Source of the DNA: Candidatus Sumerlaeales bacterium
Lineage (GTDB): Bacteria; Sumerlaeota; Sumerlaeia; Sumerlaeales; Sumerlaeaceae
NCBI GenBank assembly: GCA_038243585.1
Contig: JBBSQY010000007.1
Coordinates: 1 to 64,000 of the forward strand
DNA: 64,000 nt
Direction: 5' to 3'
The position numbers and the translations under genes were made by a program. This document shows, one piece after another, positions 48,135-59,344 of this stretch (positions within the stretch are counted from its first letter, which is position 1; each line of letters starts with the position of its first letter). The notes under the pieces were generated by a model, which was not told the DNA's origin, made no database searches, and saw only the letters and a program-made list of their open reading frames with translations.

Positions 48135-48300
48135 CAGTTCGACGAAGTTCGTGCTGGCGGTTATGAACCAGTGGCGGGTTGTGAGAGCAATCGGGGGCCG
48201 AAGCATTCACACGTTACGCGTGTGAAGCTCGGCCAGGAGCCAGTTAGACAAGTTTTTCCTGAATGTAACCCGTGTTTGTCCCTTTTGTAATTTCAATGTT

Positions 48301-49545
48301 ATGAATTCACAACCTCTCCAGCTATCAGGCATTGCCTGCCGGCGTCTTCGCACGCCGAAACACATACTCGACAACGTTTACGTAGAGTTCGATGGTCCGC
48401 GGATCGCGATCATGGGAGACTTTAACTCCGTTGCGCTTCCTCCGGGAGTATTTAACGCTCGCGACGAAGAAATAACGGTAGTCCCAGGCTTAGTCGATGT
48501 CCATGTGCATGGAGGCGGCGGTATTGATTTTCTCAATGCTGATCTCGAAGGGATGCGGCTGATCTCACGCATTGCCGCTCAGGGCGGAGCCACCACCATG
48601 GTGGCAACCACCACTCTCGCCGGCGAGGACCACGATCTTGAAAAGTTTGCCGAGTTTGTTCGTATTTTGCGCTCGGCTGGTGGCATGGGTTATGATCGGG
48701 GTTCCGGCGATAAAACAGTGTCCACGCTGCCCGGCACCCGAGTGGTAGGCATTCATCTCGAAGGGCCGTTTTTAAATCCTGAACGTCGCGGCGCTTTCAC
48801 GGACCGCTTTCTTCGCCCCCCGGACCTGAAAATTGCGGAAAAGGTGATGGAGATATGCGGCGATCTTCTCCTGAAGGTAACGCTGGCGCCCGAACTGCCT
48901 GGTGGTGAAGACCTCATCGATTTATTTACCAGCAGCGAGGCCCCCGTGGAAGTCAGCCTGGGACACACCACGGCGGATTTCGCACTGGGAATGAAGGTTT
49001 TCGAAAACCCTCGTTCCCGCCAGATTACTCATGTTTTTAACGCCATGACCGGTCTTCATCACCGTCAGGCTAATCTCATTACTGCCGCTCTAATGGATCC
49101 GCGTGTCAGCCTGGAAATCATTGGCGACGGGCTCCATGTTTCGCCTCCCGTCATGCAACTGCTCCATCGCCTTACCGGTGCAAAGAGACTTATCGCCATA
49201 ACTGATGGAGCGAGCTCCGCCGGCGCTCCGGTCGGACGTGTGTTTGAAGCTTTCAGCGGCCAGGCTCGCGTCGGCGCAGACAGCGGCGTTCGGCGGACCA
49301 ACGACAACGTCCTTGTTGGCAGCGCAGCGCTAATGATTGATATATTTAACCGGCTCCAGCATATGTCCGATATTCCTTTTGAAGACGCGCTGTTAATGTG
49401 CACGGAAAATCCGGCGCGCTCAATCAACCGCTTCGATCAGATCGGAAGCATCGACAAAGATAAACGGGCGGACTTTGTGGTGTTGCGTGATGACCAACAT
49501 GTGGTCGCCACAATTCGCGACGGGCAACTGGTTTACCAGGCTTAA
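48301..49545 (+). CDS. nagA: N-acetylglucosamine-6-phosphate deacetylase
   Basis: PGLVDVHVHG, HLEGPFLN, LAPEL, THVFNAM. Confidence 0.9.
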   Translation: MNSQPLQLSGIACRRLRTPKHILDNVYVEFDGPRIAIMGDFNSVALPPGVFNARDEEITVVPGLVDVHVHGGGGIDFLNADLEGMRLISRIAAQGGATTMVATTTLAGEDHDLEKFAEFVRILRSAGGMGYDRGSGDKTVSTLPGTRVVGIHLEGPFLNPERRGAFTDRFLRPPDLKIAEKVMEICGDLLLKVTLAPELPGGEDLIDLFTSSEAPVEVSLGHTTADFALGMKVFENPRSRQITHVFNAMTGLHHRQANLITAALMDPRVSLEIIGDGLHVSPPVMQLLHRLTGAKRLIAITDGASSAGAPVGRVFEAFSGQARVGADSGVRRTNDNVLVGSAALMIDIFNRLQHMSDIPFEDALLMCTENPARSINRFDQIGSIDKDKRADFVVLRDDQHVVATIRDGQLVYQA

Positions 49546-49580
49546 CCAGCCACGATTAAGAACACCACGCGTGGGGGGCC

Positions 49581-50387
49581 CTATGGCAACTCATAAATCT
49601 GGGCCAGCGAGCGATATACCGCCTGTGGCGCCTGGACAATAATTGGTGTTTTTCGCTTATCCAGGAACTGAATCAGCTTTAAAATATTAGCTTCCGTCAT
49701 GGCAGTGCAGCCGGCCGTTGTGCCCCCCGGCTGACCGATATGGTAGAAAATGCAGGAGCCATGACCCGCCACCGGCGGGTTTGTGTTATATCCCACAACT
49801 ATTCCGTACTTGTAGGCATCGGACTCCATGCGCATGGTCTCTGCTGAGTCCCAATCCTTGTCGACCTCGTCTCCCCGCACGATCTGATTATAATATTTCG
49901 ACTTAGGGTCGTCCACGCAGAACGTGTTAGTGTCCACTTTGAGATAGTCCATTTTGGCGGAAAGGTCTTCATAACCGTAAATGCTATCCAGCGGAAAAAT
50001 ACCGGCGGGGGTTTTTCCGTCTCCTTCGATTTTCACCGGCGGCTGGTTCAATTTTGCACGGTGCAAGCCAGGCCCCCAGGCCATTCCTGCCCGACCAATT
50101 TGCACAGCGATGGGCTCAAGTGCCCGCCGCCACCGCCCGCCGACCTTCTCATGAGCCACCAGAACACCGTCAGTCGCCGACCAGTCAGATGTCGTCACCA
50201 CCAGTATCTGGCGAGCACCAATTTCCTGGGTCAGGTCCACCTTAGATGAACCGCACCCGGAAAGCAGACACGCGGAGATAAAGAGCAAAAACAATTGGCG
50301 CAAAATAGTTATGCCGGTTCCGGGAAATGCTTTTTCTTCCAATCGTTCGTCCATGCATAAAACTTTAGATGATGCACCGGAACACAA
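49581..50387 (-). CDS. L,D-transpeptidase (YkuD-like) lipoprotein
   Basis: Lipobox LLSGC, EGDGKTPAG, GSCIFYH...TAGC; start uncertain. Confidence 0.8.
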   Translation of the reverse strand: MCSGASSKVLCMDERLEEKAFPGTGITILRQLFLLFISACLLSGCGSSKVDLTQEIGARQILVVTTSDWSATDGVLVAHEKVGGRWRRALEPIAVQIGRAGMAWGPGLHRAKLNQPPVKIEGDGKTPAGIFPLDSIYGYEDLSAKMDYLKVDTNTFCVDDPKSKYYNQIVRGDEVDKDWDSAETMRMESDAYKYGIVVGYNTNPPVAGHGSCIFYHIGQPGGTTAGCTAMTEANILKLIQFLDKRKTPIIVQAPQAVYRSLAQIYELP

Positions 50388-50443
50388 TTTGCCTTCTTTT
50401 GTCAGGGAGTTCAGGCGAACGGCAATCAGGTTCAGACATCCTT

Positions 50444-51286
50444 TTACGACTTTAAGACTTCTGGGTTTTTGAGAGACTTCTTGCCTTCCGATGTTATCCG
50501 GCGTTCGACTTTCTTCACGTCTTCGTCCGGCAATAGAGTCTCAGGGCGTATCCCTCGATCTATTAAAGTAGCACGTACCGCCTGGTTGTTCGTGACATGT
50601 TCGCTGGATATGGCCGATTCGCTGGTGTACTGATTTTGCCGCGAATTAAAGATTGTGATTTCCGCGGCAAAATCTTTAGCTTTGAGGATGATCGTGGGAG
50701 CGAAATCCGCGAGAGGGCGTGTATCTGGCACGTTCCACTGGGACTTCATCGCCTTTGTCGTCTTTCCGAAAAGAGCCTCGTCGCCCTTGCTCCGGATAAT
50801 CGCGAAATTATCGTTGCCGCCGGTCTGCTCATAGATGACCAGTGACAGTTCCTTTTCTGTATCTGAAAGCTTCCGTCGCACTGACACCCGCTCGGCGTCC
50901 AGCAGCCGCTGCTCAATAAGTTCGGCGCGGCGGGTCTGGTAGGCGAAGTAGGTTTGCGCGAACGCAATTTCTTTCTTTTTGGGATCCCCGTTCTGCGCGA
51001 TCAGATAACAAGCGTAGCGAGTTAGCATAATATCGGCAACTTGTTTTTCCGCGCCTTTCGGCATCGCTATCGTTTTGTTGACGTCAACAAAATGATCGGA
51101 GCATTGATGCCCGGACACCTCACAGGCGGTTTTCGCTTTCATAACAACAGCCGTAAAATTTCGCCATTCCGTATACCCCAGCAGTTGTTGCAGGTCGCGG
51201 GCCAGCCAGAATTCGACTCCGCCTTCTGTCTTTTGGGCATGACCTTCAAAAGTAGTTGTCAGCGTTTGCACGATATCCGTTTGCAT
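50444..51286 (-). CDS. dinD: DNA damage-inducible protein D (BRO-N family)
   Basis: EFWLARDLQQLLGY, LTRYACYLIAQNGDPKK, IRSKGDEALFG. Confidence 0.9.
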   Translation of the reverse strand: MQTDIVQTLTTTFEGHAQKTEGGVEFWLARDLQQLLGYTEWRNFTAVVMKAKTACEVSGHQCSDHFVDVNKTIAMPKGAEKQVADIMLTRYACYLIAQNGDPKKKEIAFAQTYFAYQTRRAELIEQRLLDAERVSVRRKLSDTEKELSLVIYEQTGGNDNFAIIRSKGDEALFGKTTKAMKSQWNVPDTRPLADFAPTIILKAKDFAAEITIFNSRQNQYTSESAISSEHVTNNQAVRATLIDRGIRPETLLPDEDVKKVERRITSEGKKSLKNPEVLKS

Positions 51287-51379
51287 TATCTGTCCGTTCC
51301 ATCACGGTGCAAAGTTCATTTTATTTCTTACAAACCATGCAATGCACGGTACCCGATGGTCAAACGAAAAATATCTGCT

Positions 51380-52960
51380 TTAGATCACCCGCACGTATTC
51401 TTCACGCTCAATTCGCCAGACGGGGATACCGCAATACCGGTCACCTTCCGGGCAGATTGGCTTTGCGCCTGCGTGTTTTCGGAGGCCACAGGGGGGCAGA
51501 AGCCAGCGCCCGATCTCTGGGTTTACCTTCGTCACTGCAAGCGCCTCGTCCAGGCTGGCTCGCCAGATTTCTTCCTGGGCGTTATAGCAGAGGCGCATAG
51601 CCATTTTGTGGTGCAGATTGAGAAGATCGCCGCTTTCTGTGAACCGCACCTTGACGGCGTTAGGCAGCAGGTAGGCCGCGAACTCTGGCGATTCGCCTGC
51701 GTCCAGCAGTCCGTTAACCGCGGTCCATGATTCTGCCATAGCATCCTCGTAGCGGCGCTTAACGGCTTCGTTTACCTTCACCGGTTCGGGGACAATGAAA
51801 TCCGGCTCGCCAGTGAAATGACGCATCAGCACGGGCCGCGATGCGGGAACCATCCGGTGTCGCTGATCCTGGCTATCGCCGGCGTGGCTGAGCACCTTCT
51901 TGAAGACATAGTGCGCGTGATACATGGCGCGGGAAAGCTTCGAGACGCTGGTCAGGTTCAGGTTCTCACCCATCAGGTTGTTCTGTGCAGGGTCAAGCAC
52001 CAGCCGCAGGGCGTCCACGTCCGGCAGGTCCGCCGTTGCCAGTCCCAATACCTCGCGCACGCCGGAAGCAACGCTTTGCTCGTTACGCGCGCCCCAGTCT
52101 GTCAACACGCTGTACTTGCCGCCCAGTTCCGTGTCAAATTCGGTGGTAAACCGTTTCGCCCCCGCGCGATCCACTTCCTGCAGACCAAACTGCTGAAACG
52201 CCCGGTATTCAGGCGTCTCTTCCAGCGGCATCGGCTCGCGCAGGATCGACTCAAAATCTGGTTCTGCTCGCAGCAGCTCGGCCACCATAGCACCCACCAC
52301 CTGCCGCTGCTCCGCCGGGGTATCGAATTGACCACACAGGCGGTAGTACCGCAGCAATGTCACTACGCTCACCGTGTGATACAGATAGGCATGCGTCGCC
52401 AGGGGCAGCGCATAGCGCCCCACTTCCTGCGCGCGCTTCTTGATGTCCGTCTCGGCTCGTTTCGTATCGTATCGTCCCCGAAAGCGCGCGTAATACTGCT
52501 CAGCGACGACAGGCTTCAGCATCTCCGTCAGCTCGCGGTATGCCTCCATCTGTCGCTGCACGCACGACCGAAACGCCGCCTGTCCTGGCGCTGAAAGCCC
52601 GTCCGGGACATGGAAATTCTCTTCCTTCACCGAAACGTAACGCTGGCTCACCTGCTCCGAATTGTAAAACGGGTGCGAGTGCAGAAAGCTCCAGATAAAA
52701 TGCCGCGAAATGCCGTCCATGGCGAACTGCGCGTGGGCATGCTGGAGCGTCGTATGATGCCCCGCCTTAAACAGCGACTGCGCCAGCGCGAATTTCCGTT
52801 CCCGCTTCTGCTCCAGCAGGCTCGGCTCCGCGCCTGCTGGCCCAGACACATCTTCATGGGTCACAATGCCCTTGGCCGAATAACAAGTCCGCGCCGTCGC
52901 CACGAAGTTGTCATAGGCATGGCTGAACAGGTTAACAAGGCGGATCGTAGGCGCGGTCAT
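51380..52960 (-). CDS. thyX: FAD-dependent thymidylate synthase, tandem-domain form
   Basis: GHHTTLQH, SEQVSQRYV, QDQRHR, RLCYNAQEEI; two ThyX-like repeats. Confidence 0.8.
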   Translation of the reverse strand: MTAPTIRLVNLFSHAYDNFVATARTCYSAKGIVTHEDVSGPAGAEPSLLEQKRERKFALAQSLFKAGHHTTLQHAHAQFAMDGISRHFIWSFLHSHPFYNSEQVSQRYVSVKEENFHVPDGLSAPGQAAFRSCVQRQMEAYRELTEMLKPVVAEQYYARFRGRYDTKRAETDIKKRAQEVGRYALPLATHAYLYHTVSVVTLLRYYRLCGQFDTPAEQRQVVGAMVAELLRAEPDFESILREPMPLEETPEYRAFQQFGLQEVDRAGAKRFTTEFDTELGGKYSVLTDWGARNEQSVASGVREVLGLATADLPDVDALRLVLDPAQNNLMGENLNLTSVSKLSRAMYHAHYVFKKVLSHAGDSQDQRHRMVPASRPVLMRHFTGEPDFIVPEPVKVNEAVKRRYEDAMAESWTAVNGLLDAGESPEFAAYLLPNAVKVRFTESGDLLNLHHKMAMRLCYNAQEEIWRASLDEALAVTKVNPEIGRWLLPPCGLRKHAGAKPICPEGDRYCGIPVWRIEREEYVRVI

Positions 52961-53151
52961 GGGCAGTTTCCAGGGTAGATAAATTCTGATGGTGGATTTT
53001 GGTCAGGGTTCATCAAACTTGTTGTTAGAACACAAATCACAACCTGGTATTTTACAAGCGTATCAGAACGCTTAAACTATGCTGCATCCAAAGCGAGTAT
53101 CTATTATGAGATGGCTCAGAAAATTGCCAAGGCAATTGCGGAGGATAAAAG

Positions 53152-53430
53152 ATGGAGCAGACTGAAGAAATATCCGAGTTTGCTTCGGCCGCCTCTGCAT
53201 TCGCTGCTGCAAAGCGGAACTATTGGAAGATAGCTATCCCGTATTTATTTGTATTAATAATGGAAAGCGCTTTTACTATATATAAGTTTAAGGCCGACAT
53301 TTCTGACACCCGCATTTGGCTGCCGGGTTTTTTAAACGGTCTTTTAATGTTTGCTCTTCTACATCCCATAATTGTGGTAGCCATATACTTTTGCCAACTC
53401 AGCGATTCTTTGAAAAGAAAACCCAGATAA
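53152..53430 (+). CDS. Small two-TM hypothetical protein
   Basis: GGAGG RBS; two hydrophobic segments. Confidence 0.55.
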   Translation: MEQTEEISEFASAASAFAAAKRNYWKIAIPYLFVLIMESAFTIYKFKADISDTRIWLPGFLNGLLMFALLHPIIVVAIYFCQLSDSLKRKPR

Positions 53431-53449
53431 ATCCCTGCTTCACGCAATG

Positions 53450-53624
53450 CTATTTTCCTGCCTGATTTCTTGCGCCCGTCTTCTTTATAACGTTGAATCC
53501 TCTTTCCAGCAAATACGTTACTGTATCTTCAAAGCTCTCATTTCTCTCAATAGCATGAAGTTGCACACGACGAAATAAGCCGTCTGGGATGTGCAAAGCA
53601 GCCTTCAAGCTGCTTTCTCCCTTT

Positions 53625-53635
<11 letters not shown>
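53450..53635 (-). CDS. Small ribbon-helix-helix/antitoxin-like protein
   Basis: KAALHIPDGLFRRVQLHA...VTYLLERG RHH-like pattern; no toxin adjacent. Confidence 0.5.
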
Positions 53636-55073
<1,438 letters not shown>

Positions 55074-55342
55074 AATGTTTAATAACCCCGGATTGAAAAG
55101 CTATGCCAGAAGAAGCTGATAATAGGACGCCCGTAGCCTGACGCCGACTTGTTCAAGTCAGATATTATCCCGGCGCTGCCAGAGACGGGTGTTAGTACTA
55201 TGCGCATGATTATTCTGAATTTCAATTGTTTGACTGCCATCCGCCTCGTTATGTGCAATTGATAATTGCACGTTCCTATTTTACCCGTTTGTCATACATT
55301 ATCAGTCATTCATCTTAGTTTTTATCGGCCACGCACCCCATC

Positions 55343-57082
55343 ATGGATATTCCTCGCGCATTCTCCCTCGAGTTGCTTGAAAATAAACGTATTGCAGTTA
55401 CATTTCCCTATAACGATGATATAATCAGTCGCCTGCGTTCACTGTCAGACAGAAAATGGGATCCGGAGAAGAAGCGGTGGGAGGTTAGCATTTGCCACCT
55501 CCATGACCTGCTGGATATTTTCGGCCTTCAGATGGCCGATTTGGATCGCAACATCCTCCGGTGCTACCAGATGTACCGCATCCGCCATGGGCGGGCGCGC
55601 ATTTCTGTCGGAAACTGCCATGCGGTGCTGTCGGGGGTAAGTCTTCCGCTGGAAAAAATCGACCGTGCCACGGCGTTTCATGTACCCGGCTACCGATTTA
55701 TGACGCGTTTTAAAAAGGGGGCCTGGGATGGGAAACGCCATTTGTTTAAGGCGGCGGGACAGACTTTTCCGAGCGGTTTGGTTTCGAGGGTCTCGCGGAT
55801 CGTGGGCGAGGCGGGGGTAGACTGTGACATTTGCCTGCCGGAGGAACCCGATTCGTGTCGGCTCAATCTTTCTATGGGTAGTTATTCGGCTAGGGAAGTG
55901 CAGGCAGACCCGAACGGGAAAGGTCCGTCGCCCTGCCGCCCTACCGCTCTACGAGATTATCAAACGGAATGCGTGGGAATTGCACTGGCGAAGCGTCGCG
56001 GAATTATTGAGATTGCGACAGGCGGCGGCAAAACTTTAATCGCCGCGCATATCATTCGCCACATCGATCGACCTGCTCTGTTCCTGGTGCATACCCGGGA
56101 TCTGCTGTATCAGACCATCCGGGTGCTGGAACGGGAACTGGGGATGCCGATCGGCTGCGCGGGAGACGGGAAGCTGGACATTCAGCCCGTAACGGTGGGC
56201 ACTGTGCAGACCTGTGCGCGGGCGCTGGACATTAAACTGGATCAGTCGCCGGACGACGATGAACTGCTCGAAACGGAACATACGGCATCGACGGGAGGCA
56301 CGGACGAGCTAACCCAGTTGATCAGGACTGTGCCCGTGGTGTTTTTTGACGAGTGTCATCATCTGCCGGCGGAAACGGCTTATGGCCTGGCGATGGAAAT
56401 GGAGGGAGCGGCATGGCGGTACGGGCTGAGCGCAACGCCGTATCGGGCGGATCGGCAGGAGATTTTGATGGAGGCGGCGCTGGGGCCAAAGTTTTTTTGC
56501 GCCCGGGCATCTCTCCTGATCGACCTGGGTTTTCTTGTGGCTCCAAAAATTAAATTCCTTCATGTGCAGCCGGCCGCCGCTTGTTCCGGGAAATATGATT
56601 ACCAGGACGTTTACACTATCTACATTGTGGAAAACAAGGCGCGCAACCGGATGATTGTCGAGGCTGCGAAGGCACTGGCAGCGGAAGGGAAATCTGTGTT
56701 GATCCTGGTCAGTCATGTGCGCCACGGAAATGCGTTAAAGTCGCTCATAGGAGATGCTCAACTGGTCCAGGGGACAGACCCGGCAGAGCATCGGCAGAGG
56801 GCGTTTTCGGCGCTGGCAGATAAGTCAAAACTGATCTTGATTGCGACAACTCTTGCGGATGAAGGGCTGGATCTGCCTAGTCTGGACTGCGTTATTTTGG
56901 CCGGGGCCGGGCGCAGCGAAACGCGGGCGCTGCAACGGATAGGGCGCGCCCTGCGGACGGCGCCGGGGAAGACCGGAGCTACAATTATTGACTTCATGGA
57001 TAACGCACCCTACCTTAGGGAGCACGCCGCAGACCGGCTGGAGCTTTACCGATCAGAGCCAAGGTTTGTGGTGGAATTTTAA
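55343..57082 (+). CDS. SF2 helicase (UvsW/XPB-like) with N-terminal HARP-like domain
   Basis: FPYNDD...WDPEKKRW; WDGK; ATGGGKT, DECHH, SAT, QRIGR. Confidence 0.8.
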   Translation: MDIPRAFSLELLENKRIAVTFPYNDDIISRLRSLSDRKWDPEKKRWEVSICHLHDLLDIFGLQMADLDRNILRCYQMYRIRHGRARISVGNCHAVLSGVSLPLEKIDRATAFHVPGYRFMTRFKKGAWDGKRHLFKAAGQTFPSGLVSRVSRIVGEAGVDCDICLPEEPDSCRLNLSMGSYSAREVQADPNGKGPSPCRPTALRDYQTECVGIALAKRRGIIEIATGGGKTLIAAHIIRHIDRPALFLVHTRDLLYQTIRVLERELGMPIGCAGDGKLDIQPVTVGTVQTCARALDIKLDQSPDDDELLETEHTASTGGTDELTQLIRTVPVVFFDECHHLPAETAYGLAMEMEGAAWRYGLSATPYRADRQEILMEAALGPKFFCARASLLIDLGFLVAPKIKFLHVQPAAACSGKYDYQDVYTIYIVENKARNRMIVEAAKALAAEGKSVLILVSHVRHGNALKSLIGDAQLVQGTDPAEHRQRAFSALADKSKLILIATTLADEGLDLPSLDCVILAGAGRSETRALQRIGRALRTAPGKTGATIIDFMDNAPYLREHAADRLELYRSEPRFVVEF

Positions 57083-57162
57083 AAGCCTGCGAAGACGGCG
57101 GCGGCCCGCCACCGCCTAAACTTTAAGCGGGGCGGGGCGGGCAATCACCCCTTGCTCGTTGG

Positions 57163-57187
57163 CACAGGCGAGACGCCTCTGCTACTT
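57163..57187 (+). repeat. REP-like element (copy 2)
   Basis: CACAGGCGAGACGCCTCTGCTACTT between convergent genes. Confidence 0.5.
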
Positions 57188-57190
57188 TAG

Positions 57191-58228
57191 TTAGCGTTTA
57201 ACTTTTATCCTTTTGCCGGTGGCTGCGCTTTCAAATGCGGCCAGGGCGACGGCCAGGCTGCTGTGGCCCGCATCTATGCCTGGTATGTCTGTAACTGTTT
57301 TCTTACCAAGACAAAACTTGATGAACGATTCCATCTGCAGCGGCCAGTTGTCGAAGCCGTTGAAGCCGGCGATGGTGGTCTCCTTCTGCGTTGTGGAGCC
57401 GTCGGGTTTGGTAATGCCGGTGGTCAACACGCCCTCCTGACCCATGGGCAGGCGAAGGCTGCCTTTGTCTCCGAAAACTTCTATGCCCGTGAATCCGGAG
57501 GAGCTGGTCCAGCCAACTTCCATGTAGCCCAGACACTGGGCCTGTTTGCCGAAGTCGAAGAGCGCTATGGCGTTATCGTCCACCTGGATTTTTTTGCGGA
57601 GGGTTTTTACTTCCGCCTGGACGGTTTCGATGGGGCCGATGAAGTACTGGCAGATGTCTATGGCGTGGATGCCCATATCAAGCATTGCGCCGCCGCCGGC
57701 GATGTTCTTTTTGTAGAACCAATCACTTTGCGCCCATCCCGGATAGGGGCCTGTGTGGGCATAGCGCACGCGCATCATGTATGGCTTGCCGATGGCGTTT
57801 TTGTCGATCAGTTTTTTTGCGGCGGCGTTTGCCATAAAGAAGCGGTGGGAAAAAGCGACCATGAATTTGACGGGATGCTCTTGCAAATTCTGCTGTAGCT
57901 TCCGCGATTCCGCGAGAGTCAGGGTTATGGGTTTTTCCAGCAAAATATTGATATCGGCCTGAATGACGTCAGAGGCGATTTCAAAATGAAATTTATTTGG
58001 AACGCAGACGGAGACGGCGTCGAGGCTTTCGTTGGCCAGCATTTTTTTGTAGTCGCGATACCGCTTCTCAGGAGCGACGCCAAAGGTCTCGCCCATTTCG
58101 TCCAGGCGGGTTTTGTTAATGTCGCAGATGGCGGTGATCTGAACGGTCTTTGGGGCGGCGGCGTAGCCTTTCAGATGATAGGCGCCTACGGCGCCGACGC
58201 CGATGACGCCGATGGAGAGCTTGGGCAT
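57191..58228 (-). CDS. Gfo/Idh/MocA oxidoreductase
   Basis: GVIGVGAVG, LEKP, GGGAMLDMGIHAID. Confidence 0.92.
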   Translation of the reverse strand: MPKLSIGVIGVGAVGAYHLKGYAAAPKTVQITAICDINKTRLDEMGETFGVAPEKRYRDYKKMLANESLDAVSVCVPNKFHFEIASDVIQADINILLEKPITLTLAESRKLQQNLQEHPVKFMVAFSHRFFMANAAAKKLIDKNAIGKPYMMRVRYAHTGPYPGWAQSDWFYKKNIAGGGAMLDMGIHAIDICQYFIGPIETVQAEVKTLRKKIQVDDNAIALFDFGKQAQCLGYMEVGWTSSSGFTGIEVFGDKGSLRLPMGQEGVLTTGITKPDGSTTQKETTIAGFNGFDNWPLQMESFIKFCLGKKTVTDIPGIDAGHSSLAVALAAFESAATGKRIKVKR

Positions 58229-58375
58229 TTCCGGGATTCCTTGGTTAATTTGTGGGGCGGTTTGGTTCTACCGGGATGAGGCGGGTTTAAGCGGTGGGAG
58301 TCGCGCATTGTGTGTAATTATCGGCGGCGCAGGCGAAAAGATAGACATTCGTGTCGGTTCGTCTTCGGTGTTGAG

Positions 58376-59344
58376 TTAGTCGTGTTGTTTTCTGCCTTCG
58401 ATCAGCCGTTGCATTACTATGAAGAGCAGCAGCAGGGCTGCGATTCCAATCTTCGTCCACCAGGAATTGAGGCTTCCTTCGAAGGCTATTGACGTCTGGA
58501 TGATGCCGAAGATGAGCACACCTATGAACGTTCCGAAGACGCCGCCGATGCCGCCGGTGAGGAGGGTGCCGCCGATGACCACTGCGGCGATGGCATCCAG
58601 CTCAAGGGCCACGCCTGTGGTCGCGTTTCCGCTGAAACTGTACATGGTATAAACGATGCCAGCGAGGGCGGAGCAGAGACCGCTGACGGCGTAAACGCTC
58701 ACACGGGTCAGGCCGACAGGTATGCCCATCAGCAGCGAGGCGTCTTCGTTCCCGCCGATGGCGTACACGTTGCGCCCAAAGGTGGTGTATCGTGCCACGA
58801 GGATGCCCAATATGACGATGACTCCGTATACGATGGGCACGGCGCCCATAGCGGTGTTTTCACCCAGGCTAATGGAGAAACCCAGGAGGCTCCCGTACCA
58901 CGGATGAACGATGGGAATGGATTCCAGGCTGATGACGAGGGCCAGGCCGCGGCCCATGAACATTCCGGCCAGCGTAACCAGGAACGCCGGCAGCTTGAAC
59001 ACCTGAATGATGCCGCCCATGATGGCTCCAAAAAGGGTGCCGGCGGCGACCATGATTAGGCCTGCGGATACCGGGTGCCATCCCTTCTGTTCGATGAGGA
59101 CGACCATGCCGATGCTGACCAGGGCAATAACGGACCCGACGGATAAATCAATACCGCCGGACAGGATGACAAAGGTCATTCCGACGGCGACGATGCCGAG
59201 GACGGCGTTGTCAGACAAAAAATTGACGAACACCTGGAGCGTTGCGAAGTTTTCGAATCGGAACGCGGAAGCCAGATAGAGCGCCAGGCATACGAGTACG
59301 GTGGCGAAACGGGGGATGGATGAGGCGGACAGGGAAAGTTTCAT
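58376..59344 (-). CDS. Sugar ABC permease (YjfF-like)
   Basis: GGIDLSVGS, FGRNVYAIGGN, ELDAIAAVVIGG; ATG 59344 overlaps the upstream TGA. Confidence 0.88.
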   Translation of the reverse strand: MKLSLSASSIPRFATVLVCLALYLASAFRFENFATLQVFVNFLSDNAVLGIVAVGMTFVILSGGIDLSVGSVIALVSIGMVVLIEQKGWHPVSAGLIMVAAGTLFGAIMGGIIQVFKLPAFLVTLAGMFMGRGLALVISLESIPIVHPWYGSLLGFSISLGENTAMGAVPIVYGVIVILGILVARYTTFGRNVYAIGGNEDASLLMGIPVGLTRVSVYAVSGLCSALAGIVYTMYSFSGNATTGVALELDAIAAVVIGGTLLTGGIGGVFGTFIGVLIFGIIQTSIAFEGSLNSWWTKIGIAALLLLFIVMQRLIEGRKQHD

